A stretch of 32,000 nt of DNA from the NCBI RefSeq assembly GCF_000007145.1, contig NC_003902.1:3506497-3538496 (forward strand), in the 5' to 3' direction. This DNA is from Xanthomonas campestris pv. campestris str. ATCC 33913. GTDB taxonomy: Bacteria > Pseudomonadota > Gammaproteobacteria > Xanthomonadales > Xanthomonadaceae. A model generated the notes under the pieces. It saw only the letters and a program-made list of their open reading frames with translations. It was not told where the DNA came from and did no database searches. This document shows positions 1 through 11,752 of this stretch, one piece after another; position 1 is the stretch's first letter, and each line of letters opens with the position of its first letter. The translations under genes were made by a program, and so were the position numbers.

Positions 1-90
1 CAAACGGCCACGATCGCGGCTCATGGCGGCATCCACGGCGCCGCGGCGCTCACGCAACGTGGTGGCGAGGTCAGTGTCGATAGCGCTCAT
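1..90 (-). CDS. 5' end of an unidentified CDS running off the left edge (MSAIDTDLATTLRERRGAVDAAMSRDRGRL...)
   Basis: ATG at 90-88 on the minus strand. The frame stays open to position 1 and third codon positions are mostly G/C. It is absent from the ORF track because it has no stop in the window. No clear SD. Confidence 0.3.
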   Translation of the reverse strand, partial: MSAIDTDLATTLRERRGAVDAAMSRDRGRL

Positions 91-177
91 CGATGGAAAA
101 ATGTGAAAGATTGAATGACAAGTGATCCTTTAGCCTGTCTATTGTGACGCCATATCAGTTCCTAAGGAGGACCATCC

Positions 178-729
178 ATGTCCAAGAAGAAGAACGCAGC
201 AAACAAACCCGCGGCTCCCACTGACGCGTTGCCGGTCGCCGCTCCCTCGGCGCCACACATCGATATCGGGATTAAGGATGCCGATCGCAAGCAGATCTCC
301 GACGGCCTGGCCCGCTACATGGCCGACGCGTTCACGCTGTACCTGAAGACCCACAACTTCCATTGGAACGTCACCGGGTCGATGTTCAACTCGCTGCACA
401 CCATGTTCGAAACCCAGTACACCGAGCAGTGGGGCGCGCTGGACGAAGTGGCCGAGCGCATCCGCGCCCTGGGCTACAACGCACCGGGTTCGTACCGCGA
501 GTTCGTGGCGCTGACCTCGATCCCGGAAGAGCCGGGCCTGAGCGATAGCGCCGACTGGCGCGAGATGGTGCGCCAGCTGGTCAGCGGCAACGAAGCGGTC
601 TGCCGCACCGCCCGCAAGGTGCTGGGCACCGCCGACGACGCCGGCGACGACCCGACCGTGGACCTGCTGACCCAGCGTCTGCAGACCCATGAAAAATACG
701 CCTGGATGCTGCGCTCGCTGCTGCAGTAA
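178..729 (+). CDS. dps: Dps family DNA-binding ferritin-like protein
   Basis: 183 aa. Shows Dps hallmarks (YLKTHNFHWNVTG, MFETQYTEQW, ferroxidase-type H/D/E pattern). Strong SD AAGGAGG at 163-169. Confidence 0.9.
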   Translation: MSKKKNAANKPAAPTDALPVAAPSAPHIDIGIKDADRKQISDGLARYMADAFTLYLKTHNFHWNVTGSMFNSLHTMFETQYTEQWGALDEVAERIRALGYNAPGSYREFVALTSIPEEPGLSDSADWREMVRQLVSGNEAVCRTARKVLGTADDAGDDPTVDLLTQRLQTHEKYAWMLRSLLQ

Positions 730-852
730 ACCCTTCACGCGTAGCCTCCACGGGTTTGTCCAAGGTTTTGCCAAAGGCGCAACCTTGAGCCCTGCCCAAC
801 CTTGGCCCCCTGCGCAATTGCCTACCACCGGTAAGCAGTGCTAGACACTAAG

Positions 853-875
853 CCCCTCTCCCCCCGGGAGAGGGG
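853..875. repeat. REP-like GC-rich palindrome (CCCCTCTCCC-ccc-GGGAGAGGGG) followed by GTTGGGGTGAGGGT
   Basis: Perfect 10-bp inverted repeat with a 3-nt loop in the dps-recQ spacer. Its translation (PLSPRERGWGEGT) is typical of spurious ORFs produced by intergenic repeat elements in Xanthomonadaceae. Confidence 0.5.
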
Positions 876-1083
876 TTGGGGTGAGGGTACGGAGCGAAGC
901 CCTGGCCGTCGCACCCGCACCCGCTGCCTGACATCTCTTGCGCCACGCGGCCAGCGCTCAGTTGCATCCGCAGACGTCTTCGTCTACCGCATCCACCACG
1001 GCGCGGCGATCCCCGACACACCACTGCGCAACACCGCCCGCATGACACCGGCCCGGGCTTGACCCGCGCGGTATCCTAGGCGG

Positions 1084-2886
<1,803 letters not shown>

Positions 2887-3025
2887 TGCGCCAGGTGTGT
2901 GTCGGCCCGGTGCCGCGGCCGGCACAACAATCCGCGGAAGCGACAGCGCGCATTCAATCTGCCGTTGCTAGTTTCAGCGGAGCGATCTGGCGCGCGCCGC
3001 CAGTCCCTCCTTTAGAGTCCAACCG

Positions 3026-3508
3026 ATGAAACGCAGCCTGCTTCTTTTGGCCACCCTGCTCGCCACCGGCAGTGCGCTCGCCCAGACCGGCGACAGCGGC
3101 ACCGACGCGGTGACGCCCCGTTCGCTGGACTTGAGCATTCCCAAGGAGCCGGTGCAGTACCGCTCCGATCCGGAATACAGCACCGATCCGCCGGGCACCT
3201 TTTATGGCGACAAGACGGGCCCACAACCGGCACTGGCGCGTCCTTCCGCTGCCTCCATCGCCGCCGAGCGAGCCGAACAGTGTCAGGGCAAGTTGCAAGG
3301 TGCGGTCGAGACCGGCATGGGCTATTCGAACCGTGGCGGCAACAGCAACTGGCAGGCCGTCAATCTGAATTCGTGCAAGACCTATTACGACGATGACGGC
3401 AAGGCGCATCAGATCGGCGTCAGCATCAGTGTTGGTCGCGGCGAAGGCCCCATTTTCGGCCCACGCTACGCACCTGGCGGTTACGGCCCTGGCCCATTCG
3501 GTTGGTAA
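3026..3508 (+). CDS. secreted hypothetical protein
   Basis: 160 aa. Has an N-terminal signal peptide (MKRSLLLLATLLATGSALAQ) and a G/P-rich C-terminus. I recognise no family. Confidence 0.6.
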   Translation: MKRSLLLLATLLATGSALAQTGDSGTDAVTPRSLDLSIPKEPVQYRSDPEYSTDPPGTFYGDKTGPQPALARPSAASIAAERAEQCQGKLQGAVETGMGYSNRGGNSNWQAVNLNSCKTYYDDDGKAHQIGVSISVGRGEGPIFGPRYAPGGYGPGPFGW

Positions 3509-3586
3509 CACTACAGCTCGGCCTGCATTGACAAGGGGTTCACCCCTGCTTTGCGGAAAATGTGGCTTGCCTCACGAGATGTGCTC

Positions 3587-3991
3587 ATGTCACAGAACAA
3601 GGAACGACCGGTTGTCTTCGTCGTCGAAGATGGCGATGGAACACGTCAACTCAGTTGCCTTGTGCTGGAGAGCTATGGCTTCACCTGCCGCAGTGCCGGT
3701 TCGGTGGAAGAAGCGTTGGCGTTGATCGAAAGCGACCCGCGCGTCGATGTGCTGTTTTCCGACATCCATTTCCCGGGCGGCCTCACAGGCGTAGACCTCG
3801 CGCTGAAAGCAGCGCATGCGCCGTACAACCTGCCGATCCTGCTGACCTCCGGTCTAGCCGTGGAATATGTAGAAGAGATCCTTCCTGATGGTGTGGCCTT
3901 CCTCGAAAAGCCGTACACGCCCGAGCAGCTGTTGAATGCGATCCGCAGCGTCATGGCCAAGCACCGCGTGCCGTCCACACCGATGGCGTAA
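3587..3991 (+). CDS. single-domain response regulator (CheY-like receiver)
   Basis: Receiver signature is present: VVEDGDG acidic pocket, phospho-acceptor Asp in LFSDIHFPG, LLTSG, EKPY. The start is ambiguous: ATG 3587 is preferred, and TTG 3551 or ATG 3560 are possible. Confidence 0.8.
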   Translation: MSQNKERPVVFVVEDGDGTRQLSCLVLESYGFTCRSAGSVEEALALIESDPRVDVLFSDIHFPGGLTGVDLALKAAHAPYNLPILLTSGLAVEYVEEILPDGVAFLEKPYTPEQLLNAIRSVMAKHRVPSTPMA

Positions 3992-4992
3992 GCCCGGCGC
4001 AGCAGGCGTTTTGCGGCCGAGACCGCTGTCAGGAACGCCCTGACAGCCCGTCAGTTCGCCCCTGATTTTCGTGACGCACATCTCACTTGATACTGCAGCT
4101 GCCGGACGCGAGGCCTGTTGGCCGCTCAACTCGCGGGGCGCGGAGCACGCCCTCGCCGGATCATGATGGTCACTGCCTTAGGCGGAATATGCCTATCCGG
4201 CTGGCCTGTTTGCTTGACGCTGCCCTGAAATGGTTGTGCTCGCTGCCAGACGGTAGTGAAAGATACCGAGTTGCACGACCTACGTCGCTAGCTGCATGGC
4301 GTCAGTAGTGAGCACGTCTGCGATCCCGCGCAAGATCGACCGAATGCGGTCCAGGTTTCATACCCTCACTGATCAGCACATCAGCAAATCCCCTGGCCTG
4401 TGGGCACACCAGATCAAGGCATGCGCATCGCGCTTGCGATCGATGCTTTCTCAAGCTCAGCGATCAAATTCGCCGCAGCAACTGATTCTGTCGTGGTGCT
4501 CGGCGCCTGACGCTGCGTACAACAATCCCAGTTCCTCCGTGACACACGGCTGCGACCAGCGCATTTTGAATGCATCGCTGAGTACGCTTGCTGTATCCAC
4601 CTTGGTGGCTTATATCCCGGCAGCGGCCTTCCTTGGATGCACTGCATCCGCAGCCCTTGAGCGTCCTCACGCCGTTCTGTCCATCGGCGTCTATCCATGA
4701 GCGCCTGCCGACCGGTTGCACGCACCTGGTTCGAGCCTGCGACCAAGCCGGAGGAACGCTTGACACGCATGCGATGAGCTTTGCCATCAATCTTTCGATC
4801 AACGTCGCCTGACGTCGATGCGTGCGTCGTGGCAACGCCAAACGCGCAGTCGAACGCACTAGGAGAAAGGCCAGCAGCGCTGCGACCGCATGCATGCATC
4901 CGCGATTGCGTGTCCATTTCACGCTATCACCCAAGGCGCTCGCTAGGCTAAACCCAATGCAGCGCTTGGCTGTTGAATTTCAGGAGATCCAC

Positions 4993-5103
4993 ATGGGCGA
5001 TAACTCATTTCTGTCACCGGCCTTCGTCATCCTGGTGGTTGGCATCATCGCCGTGGTCGTGTGGCTGGTGACCCGCGCCAAGAAGAAGCGCAACAAGAAG
5101 TGA
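4993..5103 (+). CDS. small single-pass membrane protein (36 aa)
   Basis: An internal ATG of ORF 4822..5103 is preceded by AGGAG (4982-4986). The product has a hydrophobic helix (FVILVVGIIAVVVWLV) and a KKKRNKK tail. Confidence 0.45.
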   Translation: MGDNSFLSPAFVILVVGIIAVVVWLVTRAKKKRNKK

Positions 5104-5438
5104 TTCACACGCGGCAACTGCGGCGGAGCACGTCGGCGCGCTGAAAGGCGCGTCTCTACTCTAGCTTTGGGGGAGTTCGAAGTACCTCGCGGATCGGCAG
5201 TCTGTTTGCGGCATGTGCAATGACGAACATCGCCTAGCGCGACGAAAGCTTGCTTACTCTCGCGCCTCGATCAGCCTGCCGATTACTGCAGCGGCTCACA
5301 TCACGATCAGCCCTCGCCCATCTGCAGAGGCAGAGGCAGGCGCATCGTGATGCCCTCAGCGCAGCACATCAGGCAACGCTCGGAATTCCAACCGCTTTTT
5401 ATCACCGCACGAGTTATCGGGCGACAGACGCCACAAGA

Positions 5439-6149
5439 TCAGAAGCGCTCGCCGGTGGGCAGGTAACGCCATTCGCCTAGCGCGAGTTTGCCCAACGAAA
5501 TCCGGCCAACACGCAGGCGACGGATGGTGACCACATCCAGCCCTACCTCGTTGCACATGTAGCGTAGTTGCCCCGGCTGTACGTGCTTGATGGCAAAGCG
5601 CAGACGCTCTTCGTTCTGCCAGCTCACCTTGCAGGCCGGCAGGCTCCGTTGCTGATACACCAGGCCGCTTGCCAGCCGCGCCATGCCGTACGGGCGCAGT
5701 TCGCCGCGCACTTCCACCAGATACTCCTGCTCGATCGTGGCCGCATCGGCAGTGAGCCTGCGCAAGATCCGGCCATCCTGGCTGAGCACAAGCAGCCCGC
5801 TGGCCTCGTCGTCCAGCGGCATCGGCGCGCTCAGGCGCAGGAAGTGGCGCTTCAGCACGCGGATCTCGGTCTGATCCAGGCTGCTGCGGCTTTGCGGCGT
5901 GGCCAGCGCCACGGCGGCCTCGCAGCTCATGCCAGCCGGCTTGTTCAGCAGCAAGGTGGCGGGCTCGGCCTGCCCAAGCACCGCGTCGGCCGCCAGGCTC
6001 ACCTGCTGGCCGGTGATCGGCGCCTGCGGCTCTTCCACCACCACGCCGTCCACACTGACCCATCCCCCTTCGATGTATTGCTGCGCCTCGCCGCGCGAAC
6101 AGCCGAACACGGCAGCCACGTGCTTGTCGAGACGGATCGGATCGGACAT
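5439..6149 (-). CDS. S4-domain RNA pseudouridine synthase (RsuA/RluB/E/F family)
   Basis: 236 aa. Has an N-terminal S4-like segment (RLDKHVA...GEAQQYIEGGWVSVDG), a catalytic-Asp region (PLDDEASGLLVLSQDG) and EYLVEVRG. Confidence 0.85.
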   Translation of the reverse strand: MSDPIRLDKHVAAVFGCSRGEAQQYIEGGWVSVDGVVVEEPQAPITGQQVSLAADAVLGQAEPATLLLNKPAGMSCEAAVALATPQSRSSLDQTEIRVLKRHFLRLSAPMPLDDEASGLLVLSQDGRILRRLTADAATIEQEYLVEVRGELRPYGMARLASGLVYQQRSLPACKVSWQNEERLRFAIKHVQPGQLRYMCNEVGLDVVTIRRLRVGRISLGKLALGEWRYLPTGERF

Positions 6150-6333
6150 CGGTCATGCTCTACGTCAGGGCCGGGCAGTGTACGTGGTCGCTGCCGCCGG
6201 TACGACGCCTGAAGCCTGCGCCAAGGTGTGGCTCGCTCATCCGCATAGCGGCGCCAGCCAAGGTCTGGCAAGCGTCGTGCTTCTGCCATGCCGCACAAAG
6301 TGGGACACTCGCCACTCACACAGGAGACCACAG

Positions 6334-6540
6334 ATGTTCATCACGTTCGGCACCACCCGGGTTCGCCTCAACCATATCTCCGTCATCAGCGATCCGTTCA
6401 ATGCCGGGGAGAACTTTGGCTCGTATTGCCACACGGTCCGCATCGGCCTGATCTCTGGCGAAGATGTCGTGGCACGCTTCAACACCGAGGCAGGCGCCGA
6501 GCAGTTGCACGCTGACGTGCTTGCCGCACTGGAAGCCTGA
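6334..6540 (+). CDS. hypothetical small protein (68 aa)
   Basis: ATG at 6334 lies 7 nt after AGGAG (6322-6326), in frame with track ORF 5899..6540. No recognisable domain. Confidence 0.4.
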   Translation: MFITFGTTRVRLNHISVISDPFNAGENFGSYCHTVRIGLISGEDVVARFNTEAGAEQLHADVLAALEA

Positions 6541-7124
6541 TCACGGCCAACGTGTGCGCCCTCGCCGGCTGCGCCTGCATGTGGCGCAGCGGTGATGGTC
6601 CGCAAATAGCTTAGCTCACCGCTGCGGCGTGGCGCTTTTCAAGCTCGATAGCGGCAGTTACGCGACACAAGCGCCCGCAACACCGGGCCGGTAGCGCGGT
6701 TGACAAAAGGCACGTAAGTCCAGAATCCCGCTATAGGGATCACATCGCCGGGGCGCGGCTGCGATGTCTGAAAACGCCAACAAGAAAGGGCGTACCAACA
6801 GGCGCTCTGTTCGTATGTGCCAGCCGCAGCTGAACGCGTTTTTTCGGTCACGCATACATCGCTGGCACACGCCTGTTTGCACACAGAAACCAGTTAAAAA
6901 CAAGCACCGAACGAGGCGCGGGAGTGCTTGCGCAGATGGCGCCAGCTGGGTACGCTGCCGCGGTCGAAAGAGAGCAGGCCGGATGGTAGCCCGGCCGCCG
7001 CTAGATAGGCGGCATCTTAGCCATCAGGTACCCACGACATCCGCAGCCGGCGTTGCCAGTAACGCAGATGTGTGGGTGGGAGTGACACATCCCGCATGGC
7101 GCATCTGCTCGACCAAGGATCCCC

Positions 7125-7475
7125 GTGATGATCGTCACTGCTCCCGCTCACTCCTTCCGGATGCGCTCCGTGCGCGCTAGTGCCAACACCGGCCGTTCTG
7201 CGTCGTCCATGCGCGATCCAGGCGTGCATGCCGACGCCGACTGCACGCATCTGCATTGGCACCGCGTGTGGGTGGACGCGCTGCAAATCTGGCAACGCGA
7301 TGTCCGGCTAGCCGATGCGCGCATGTGCATGCTCGCGGTGTGGCGGTCTGCACCACATTGGGAATGGGAGGCGATCGACCCTGCGCACGATCGCCATCTG
7401 GCCGGTGGTTGTAGCGCAACCCAAGCCGACGCCCTGGCATGTGCAGAAGACTGGATGCATGCCGCGCAGAGATGA
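7125..7475 (+). CDS. hypothetical Trp-rich protein (116 aa), weak call
   Basis: AAGGA lies upstream of the ATG and G/C third positions are moderately enriched. No family recognised, and the surrounding 1.1 kb has no better ORF. Confidence 0.25.
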   Translation: MMIVTAPAHSFRMRSVRASANTGRSASSMRDPGVHADADCTHLHWHRVWVDALQIWQRDVRLADARMCMLAVWRSAPHWEWEAIDPAHDRHLAGGCSATQADALACAEDWMHAAQR

Positions 7476-7637
7476 TGGCTGCGCACGTTGCATGCTGTGT
7501 CCTCTCGCACCCGCCGCCTGCGACGGCTACGTGGTACGCCACGGCTGCACCACGCGAGTGGCGCGCATCGCGCAGGGTCACCCCCGCGCATTGCTGGCCA
7601 ACTAGCCAGCAGCAAAGCTGCAAAGCGCGCCCGGAAT

Positions 7638-8063
7638 CTAGGTCGAATACAACCCAGGAACATACCGCTCCATCAACGACTGCGGAAACAATGGCGGCGT
7701 AAACCCGTAGCGGGCGTACAGGCCATGCGCATCACTGGTGGCCAGGCTGAAGCGGCGTAGCCCCTGCAGATCGGGATGCGCCATGACCGCATCCATCAGC
7801 GCCTTGCTGTAGCCGCGGCCGCGGTGCTCCGGCAGCACGAACACATCGCCCAGGTACGCAAAGGTCGCATAGTCGGAAATCACCCTGGCGAACGCGACTT
7901 GCCGGCCATCGACAAACCCGCCGAAGCACAACGAATGATCGATCGCGCGCTGCACAAGGGCGAGGGGAATGTCCTTGGCCCAATCGGTGTCTTGTGACAG
8001 CGTGCGATGGATCAAGCCGATATCGAGCAGGGAGTTGTCGGTGCTGACGTGCACGTGCGGCAT
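7638..8063 (-). CDS. GNAT family N-acetyltransferase
   Basis: Internal ATG at 8063 (MPHVHVSTD...) with AGGA upstream. Acetyl-CoA binding motif VLPEHRGRGYSKALM is present. The upstream 39 codons of the track ORF look non-coding. Confidence 0.8.
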   Translation of the reverse strand: MPHVHVSTDNSLLDIGLIHRTLSQDTDWAKDIPLALVQRAIDHSLCFGGFVDGRQVAFARVISDYATFAYLGDVFVLPEHRGRGYSKALMDAVMAHPDLQGLRRFSLATSDAHGLYARYGFTPPLFPQSLMERYVPGLYST

Positions 8064-8228
8064 GTGAAGTGTCCTGGCAAAGGGCGTGGAGCGACGAACA
8101 AGCGACGTGCGCATCCGCCGTGTGCGTGCGGACGGTGAGCAGAATCCGGCACGGCCAGCTTGCCACTCAGGCTGCTTCAAACCATCCGCACCAACGGACG
8201 ATCGCGCACTTGCTTGCGTTCGCCGCGC

Positions 8229-8855
8229 TTAACCCGAGGTCGTATGCTGCGGCAGCAGGGGCGCTACGCACAACACCAGCATGAACACGGCGATGCAGCC
8301 ATCCAGTACGCGCCAGGCGCGCGGGTCACGGAACACCGGTTGCAGCAGACGCGCGCCATAGCCCAGCGCGCAGAACCAGGTTATGCTGGCAAGGCAGGCG
8401 CCGAGTGCAAATGCCCAGCGCAGGACGCCGGCATGGCGTGCGGAGAGGCTGCCCAGCAGCACCATGGTGTCCAGATACACGTGCGGGTTGAGGAAGGTGA
8501 AAGCCAGACAGGTCAGCGCCGCCTGCTGCCAGCGCTGATCCTCGCGTTCGGCCGGTGCCAGTGCGCCCTGCCCGCGCCAGGCGCGTTGGGCGGCCATCGC
8601 CCCGTACACCGCCAGGAACGCCGCACCCGCATAACGGAACACCTGCAGGATCTGCCGACAGTGCTGCACCACCGCGCCAATGCCGGCGACGCCGGCCAGG
8701 ATCAAGGTGATGTCACCGAAGGCGCAGATGGCCACGACCAGGCCGACATGCCGCCGCTGCAGCCCCTGGCGCAGGACGAAGGCGTTTTGCGCCCCGATGG
8801 CGATGATGAGCCCGGCGCTGGCAATGAAGCCGGAAAGTGCTGCGTTGAAGACCAT
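8229..8855 (-). CDS. argO: LysE/ArgO family basic amino acid exporter
   Basis: 208 aa from ATG 8855 (MVFNAALSG...). Carries motifs GAQNAFV and LNPHVYLDT, matching remembered E. coli ArgO. Divergent from a LysR/ArgP-type regulator. Confidence 0.85.
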   Translation of the reverse strand: MVFNAALSGFIASAGLIIAIGAQNAFVLRQGLQRRHVGLVVAICAFGDITLILAGVAGIGAVVQHCRQILQVFRYAGAAFLAVYGAMAAQRAWRGQGALAPAEREDQRWQQAALTCLAFTFLNPHVYLDTMVLLGSLSARHAGVLRWAFALGACLASITWFCALGYGARLLQPVFRDPRAWRVLDGCIAVFMLVLCVAPLLPQHTTSG

Positions 8856-8905
8856 GGCGCGGTGTCTGTTGGTTGCGTGCGGCAAGACTGCCGCCGCCCC
8901 TAGGA

Positions 8906-8918
8906 TTAGGAAACCTAA
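8906..8918. promoter_or_regulatory. LysR-type T-N11-A palindrome TTAGGAAACCTAA in the argO-argP divergent spacer
   Basis: Perfect dyad TTAGG-AAA-CCTAA. In addition GGATTAG (8903-8909) and CTAATCC (8944-8950) form a wider inverted repeat. Confidence 0.5.
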
Positions 8919-8962
8919 ATATTCTGTATGCTCCAAAGGAAATCTAATCCCACCGAGTTCGC

Positions 8963-9880
8963 ATGGAGTTGCTGCACCCCCAACTGGCCGCGTTCGCTGC
9001 CGTGCTTGATGAAGGCAGCTTCGAGTTGGCTGCACGCAGGCTGTCGGTGACCTCTTCGGCGATTTCGCAGCGGATCAAGGCACTGGAAGACCGGCTCGGC
9101 CAGGTTCTGGTGTTGCGCACAGCGCCCTGCCGCGCGACCCCGGCCGGCCAGCGTCTGCTCCGCAGGCTGCGGCCGATGCAGGTGCTACAAGCCGAGGCCA
9201 TGGCCGATTTCCTGCCTGACGCGGGAGTGGGCGGCACGCCGCGCACGCTGTCCATCGCCGTCAACGACGACTCCTTGCAGACCTGGGTGCTGTCCGCATT
9301 GGCCGAGTTGCACCAGGCGCACGGCTTGTTGTTCGACGTGCATGTGGATGACCAGGACCACACCCTGGAGCTGCTGCGCGCCGGCACGGTACTGGGTGCG
9401 GTCACCGCCGAACGCCGGCCACTGCAAGGCTGCAATGTGCAGCCGCTGGGCACCATGCGCTACCACGCCATCGCGTCGCCGGATGTTGTGGCCCGCTACT
9501 TCAGCAGCGGCCTGGACGCCGCCGGATTGAGCCGCGCACCGATGATGGTGTTCAACCGCAAGGACGCACTGCAGGCACGCTTTGCGCGACGCATCACGCG
9601 CATGCAGTTGTCGCCGCCGATCCACTACCTGCCCACATCCACCGGCTTCGTGGACGCCGCCGCGCGCGGGCTGGGCTGGTGCCTGGCGCCGGAGGCGATG
9701 GTGTTGCCGGCAGTAGAGCGCAAGACGCTGCTCATCATCGACCCGACGCGCTGGCTGGATGTGCCACTGTACTGGCAGCATGCCGCGGTGCGCTCGACGA
9801 CCTTGCAGCGCCTGGGCGATAGCTTGCGAACCGCAGCGGCGGCAAGCTTGCGCGTTGGCAAGCAGGGAGCCGCTCACTGA
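8963..9880 (+). CDS. argP: LysR family transcriptional regulator, ArgP/LysG type
   Basis: 305 aa. N-terminal wHTH (SFELAARRLSVTSSAISQRIKALE). Colinear with remembered E. coli ArgP (LSIAVNDDSLQTW, LYWQH). Divergent from argO. Confidence 0.85.
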   Translation: MELLHPQLAAFAAVLDEGSFELAARRLSVTSSAISQRIKALEDRLGQVLVLRTAPCRATPAGQRLLRRLRPMQVLQAEAMADFLPDAGVGGTPRTLSIAVNDDSLQTWVLSALAELHQAHGLLFDVHVDDQDHTLELLRAGTVLGAVTAERRPLQGCNVQPLGTMRYHAIASPDVVARYFSSGLDAAGLSRAPMMVFNRKDALQARFARRITRMQLSPPIHYLPTSTGFVDAAARGLGWCLAPEAMVLPAVERKTLLIIDPTRWLDVPLYWQHAAVRSTTLQRLGDSLRTAAAASLRVGKQGAAH

Positions 9881-9952
9881 GCGCTGCTCGAAGCGCTTCG
9901 CGTGTCGCGTTCCAGACTCCGCGCGGCCCACGCCCACGCGGCCAACCCACGC

Positions 9953-11752
9953 TCACTCCTCGCCAGTCGCCCGCTCGCCCATCAACTCGCGCTCGCGTTT
10001 CTCCAGCTCTTCGGCATACCGCTTGCGCACGAAGCCCTCCGATAACACCCCCAGCACGGTGCGCTGCTGATCGATCACCGCCAGCTCATCGGCCTGGGTG
10101 GCATCGAAGACCTTCATCACCGCCACGATATCGGTGTCTGCCAGCAACGCGGCGTCGCGGTGCTGTGCGTAGTCGCTCACCGGCGCATCCTCGCGCACGC
10201 GATCGCCATACAGGATGGCCAATGGCACCACGCCGGCGTATCGCCCCGAGGCGTCTTCCAGCACCACCCGCTGCGTGGAGCCCAGTGGAAAGCGCCGACG
10301 GAATTCGCTGACGCTGGTGTCGTCGCGGGTGTGGTTGGCATCCTTGCGCATCATCTTGCCGGCCGACAGGTGGCGCACCCAACCCACATCGCGCGCGCTA
10401 CGGATGTTCTCGCCACGCAGGTGCAGACGCCAGGTAGAGAACGAATAACCGAACACCTGACGCACCACCGTGTTGGCCACCAGCACGGCGGCCATCACAG
10501 CGCTGGCCAGCACGAAATCGTGCGTGCCCTCCAGGATCAGCATTGCCATGGTCATCGGCGCGCCCACAATCGCCGCCGCAAGCGCCGCCATGCCTACCAG
10601 CGAGGCGCTCGTGATATCCACCACTGCCGCACCCATCAGCAGATTGGTGCCCACCGCAAACAAGGCGCCCACCAACGAGCCCATGAACAGCGACGCAAAA
10701 AACAGGCCGCCGCGGAACCCGAATCCCAGCGAGATGCCCGAGGCCAGGCACTTCAATACCAGCAAGGTCAGCAGAAACTGCAGCGTGGTGGTGCTGGTCA
10801 GATCCAGATGCAAGGCGCCGTGGCCGGAGGACAGCACCTGCGGCGAATACGCGGCCAGGGGAATCAGCGACAGCCCACCGATCACTGGCCGGCCCCAGAG
10901 CGGTAGATTGATCCGCCCGACGCCACGCTCGATGCCGGCAACCAGCCGCATCACCGCAATGCCGATCACCGCACAAGCCAGGCCCAAGGCGATATAGATC
11001 GCGTAGTCGCGCGGCTGCAATTGGTAGGCCACCGCCGCCGGCAGTGCGTATGGCGTGGCACCCAAGGCGTTGGCCATGAACGCGCCAGCCAGCGCGGCTG
11101 CCGCCACCGGCGCCAGCGCCGATGGCGTATAGGCACCGATCACGATCTCGAATGCGTAGAACGCGCCGGCCAGCGGAGCACCAAACGCGGCGGCGATCGC
11201 CCCCGCGGAGCCTGCGCCGACCAGCGTGCGCATGTCTGTACGACGCACGCGCAGGACCCGTCCCAGCTGCGAGCCCGCACCGGAGCCCATTTGCGTGTAG
11301 GTCGCCTCCAGGCCCACCGATGCACCGAACCCGTTCGAGAGCAAGGTCTGCACCGCGACGATCAGGTTGTCGCGCATCGACATGCGCCCGCCGTGCAGCG
11401 CATTGGCTTCCACCGCGTCCACCAATGGCCGTTGACGGCGGCGCGCCAGCAATGCGACCAGACCCACCAGCAGGCCGCCCAGCGGCAACACCAACAATTG
11501 CTGCACGCCGATGCCGTCCGCCGTACTGAGCCGCTCGCCGGGCGCCAACCCGTACAGCCACGTTTGCAACGTGTGGGCCAGACCTGCCTGTAGCACGGTC
11601 AGCACTGCGGCGATCAAGCCCACCACGGCAGCCAGGCTGATGAACCACAGATCGTTGGCGCGAAACTGCCGGCGCAGCCAGCCCAGCAGCAGATCGAGCG
11701 GGACCCGTGCACGCTGTAGGGACCGGGAAACGCGGAGGCGTAGCGATTGCAT
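9953..11752 (-). CDS. ClC family chloride channel/transporter with C-terminal CBS pair
   Basis: ClC motifs are present (GASVGLEAT, GAPLAGAFYAFE, GGLFFASLFMG), with multiple TM helices and a CBS-like tail. Start is ATG 11752, or further upstream at 11791. Confidence 0.85.
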   Translation of the reverse strand: MQSLRLRVSRSLQRARVPLDLLLGWLRRQFRANDLWFISLAAVVGLIAAVLTVLQAGLAHTLQTWLYGLAPGERLSTADGIGVQQLLVLPLGGLLVGLVALLARRRQRPLVDAVEANALHGGRMSMRDNLIVAVQTLLSNGFGASVGLEATYTQMGSGAGSQLGRVLRVRRTDMRTLVGAGSAGAIAAAFGAPLAGAFYAFEIVIGAYTPSALAPVAAAALAGAFMANALGATPYALPAAVAYQLQPRDYAIYIALGLACAVIGIAVMRLVAGIERGVGRINLPLWGRPVIGGLSLIPLAAYSPQVLSSGHGALHLDLTSTTTLQFLLTLLVLKCLASGISLGFGFRGGLFFASLFMGSLVGALFAVGTNLLMGAAVVDITSASLVGMAALAAAIVGAPMTMAMLILEGTHDFVLASAVMAAVLVANTVVRQVFGYSFSTWRLHLRGENIRSARDVGWVRHLSAGKMMRKDANHTRDDTSVSEFRRRFPLGSTQRVVLEDASGRYAGVVPLAILYGDRVREDAPVSDYAQHRDAALLADTDIVAVMKVFDATQADELAVIDQQRTVLGVLSEGFVRKRYAEELEKRERELMGERATGEE

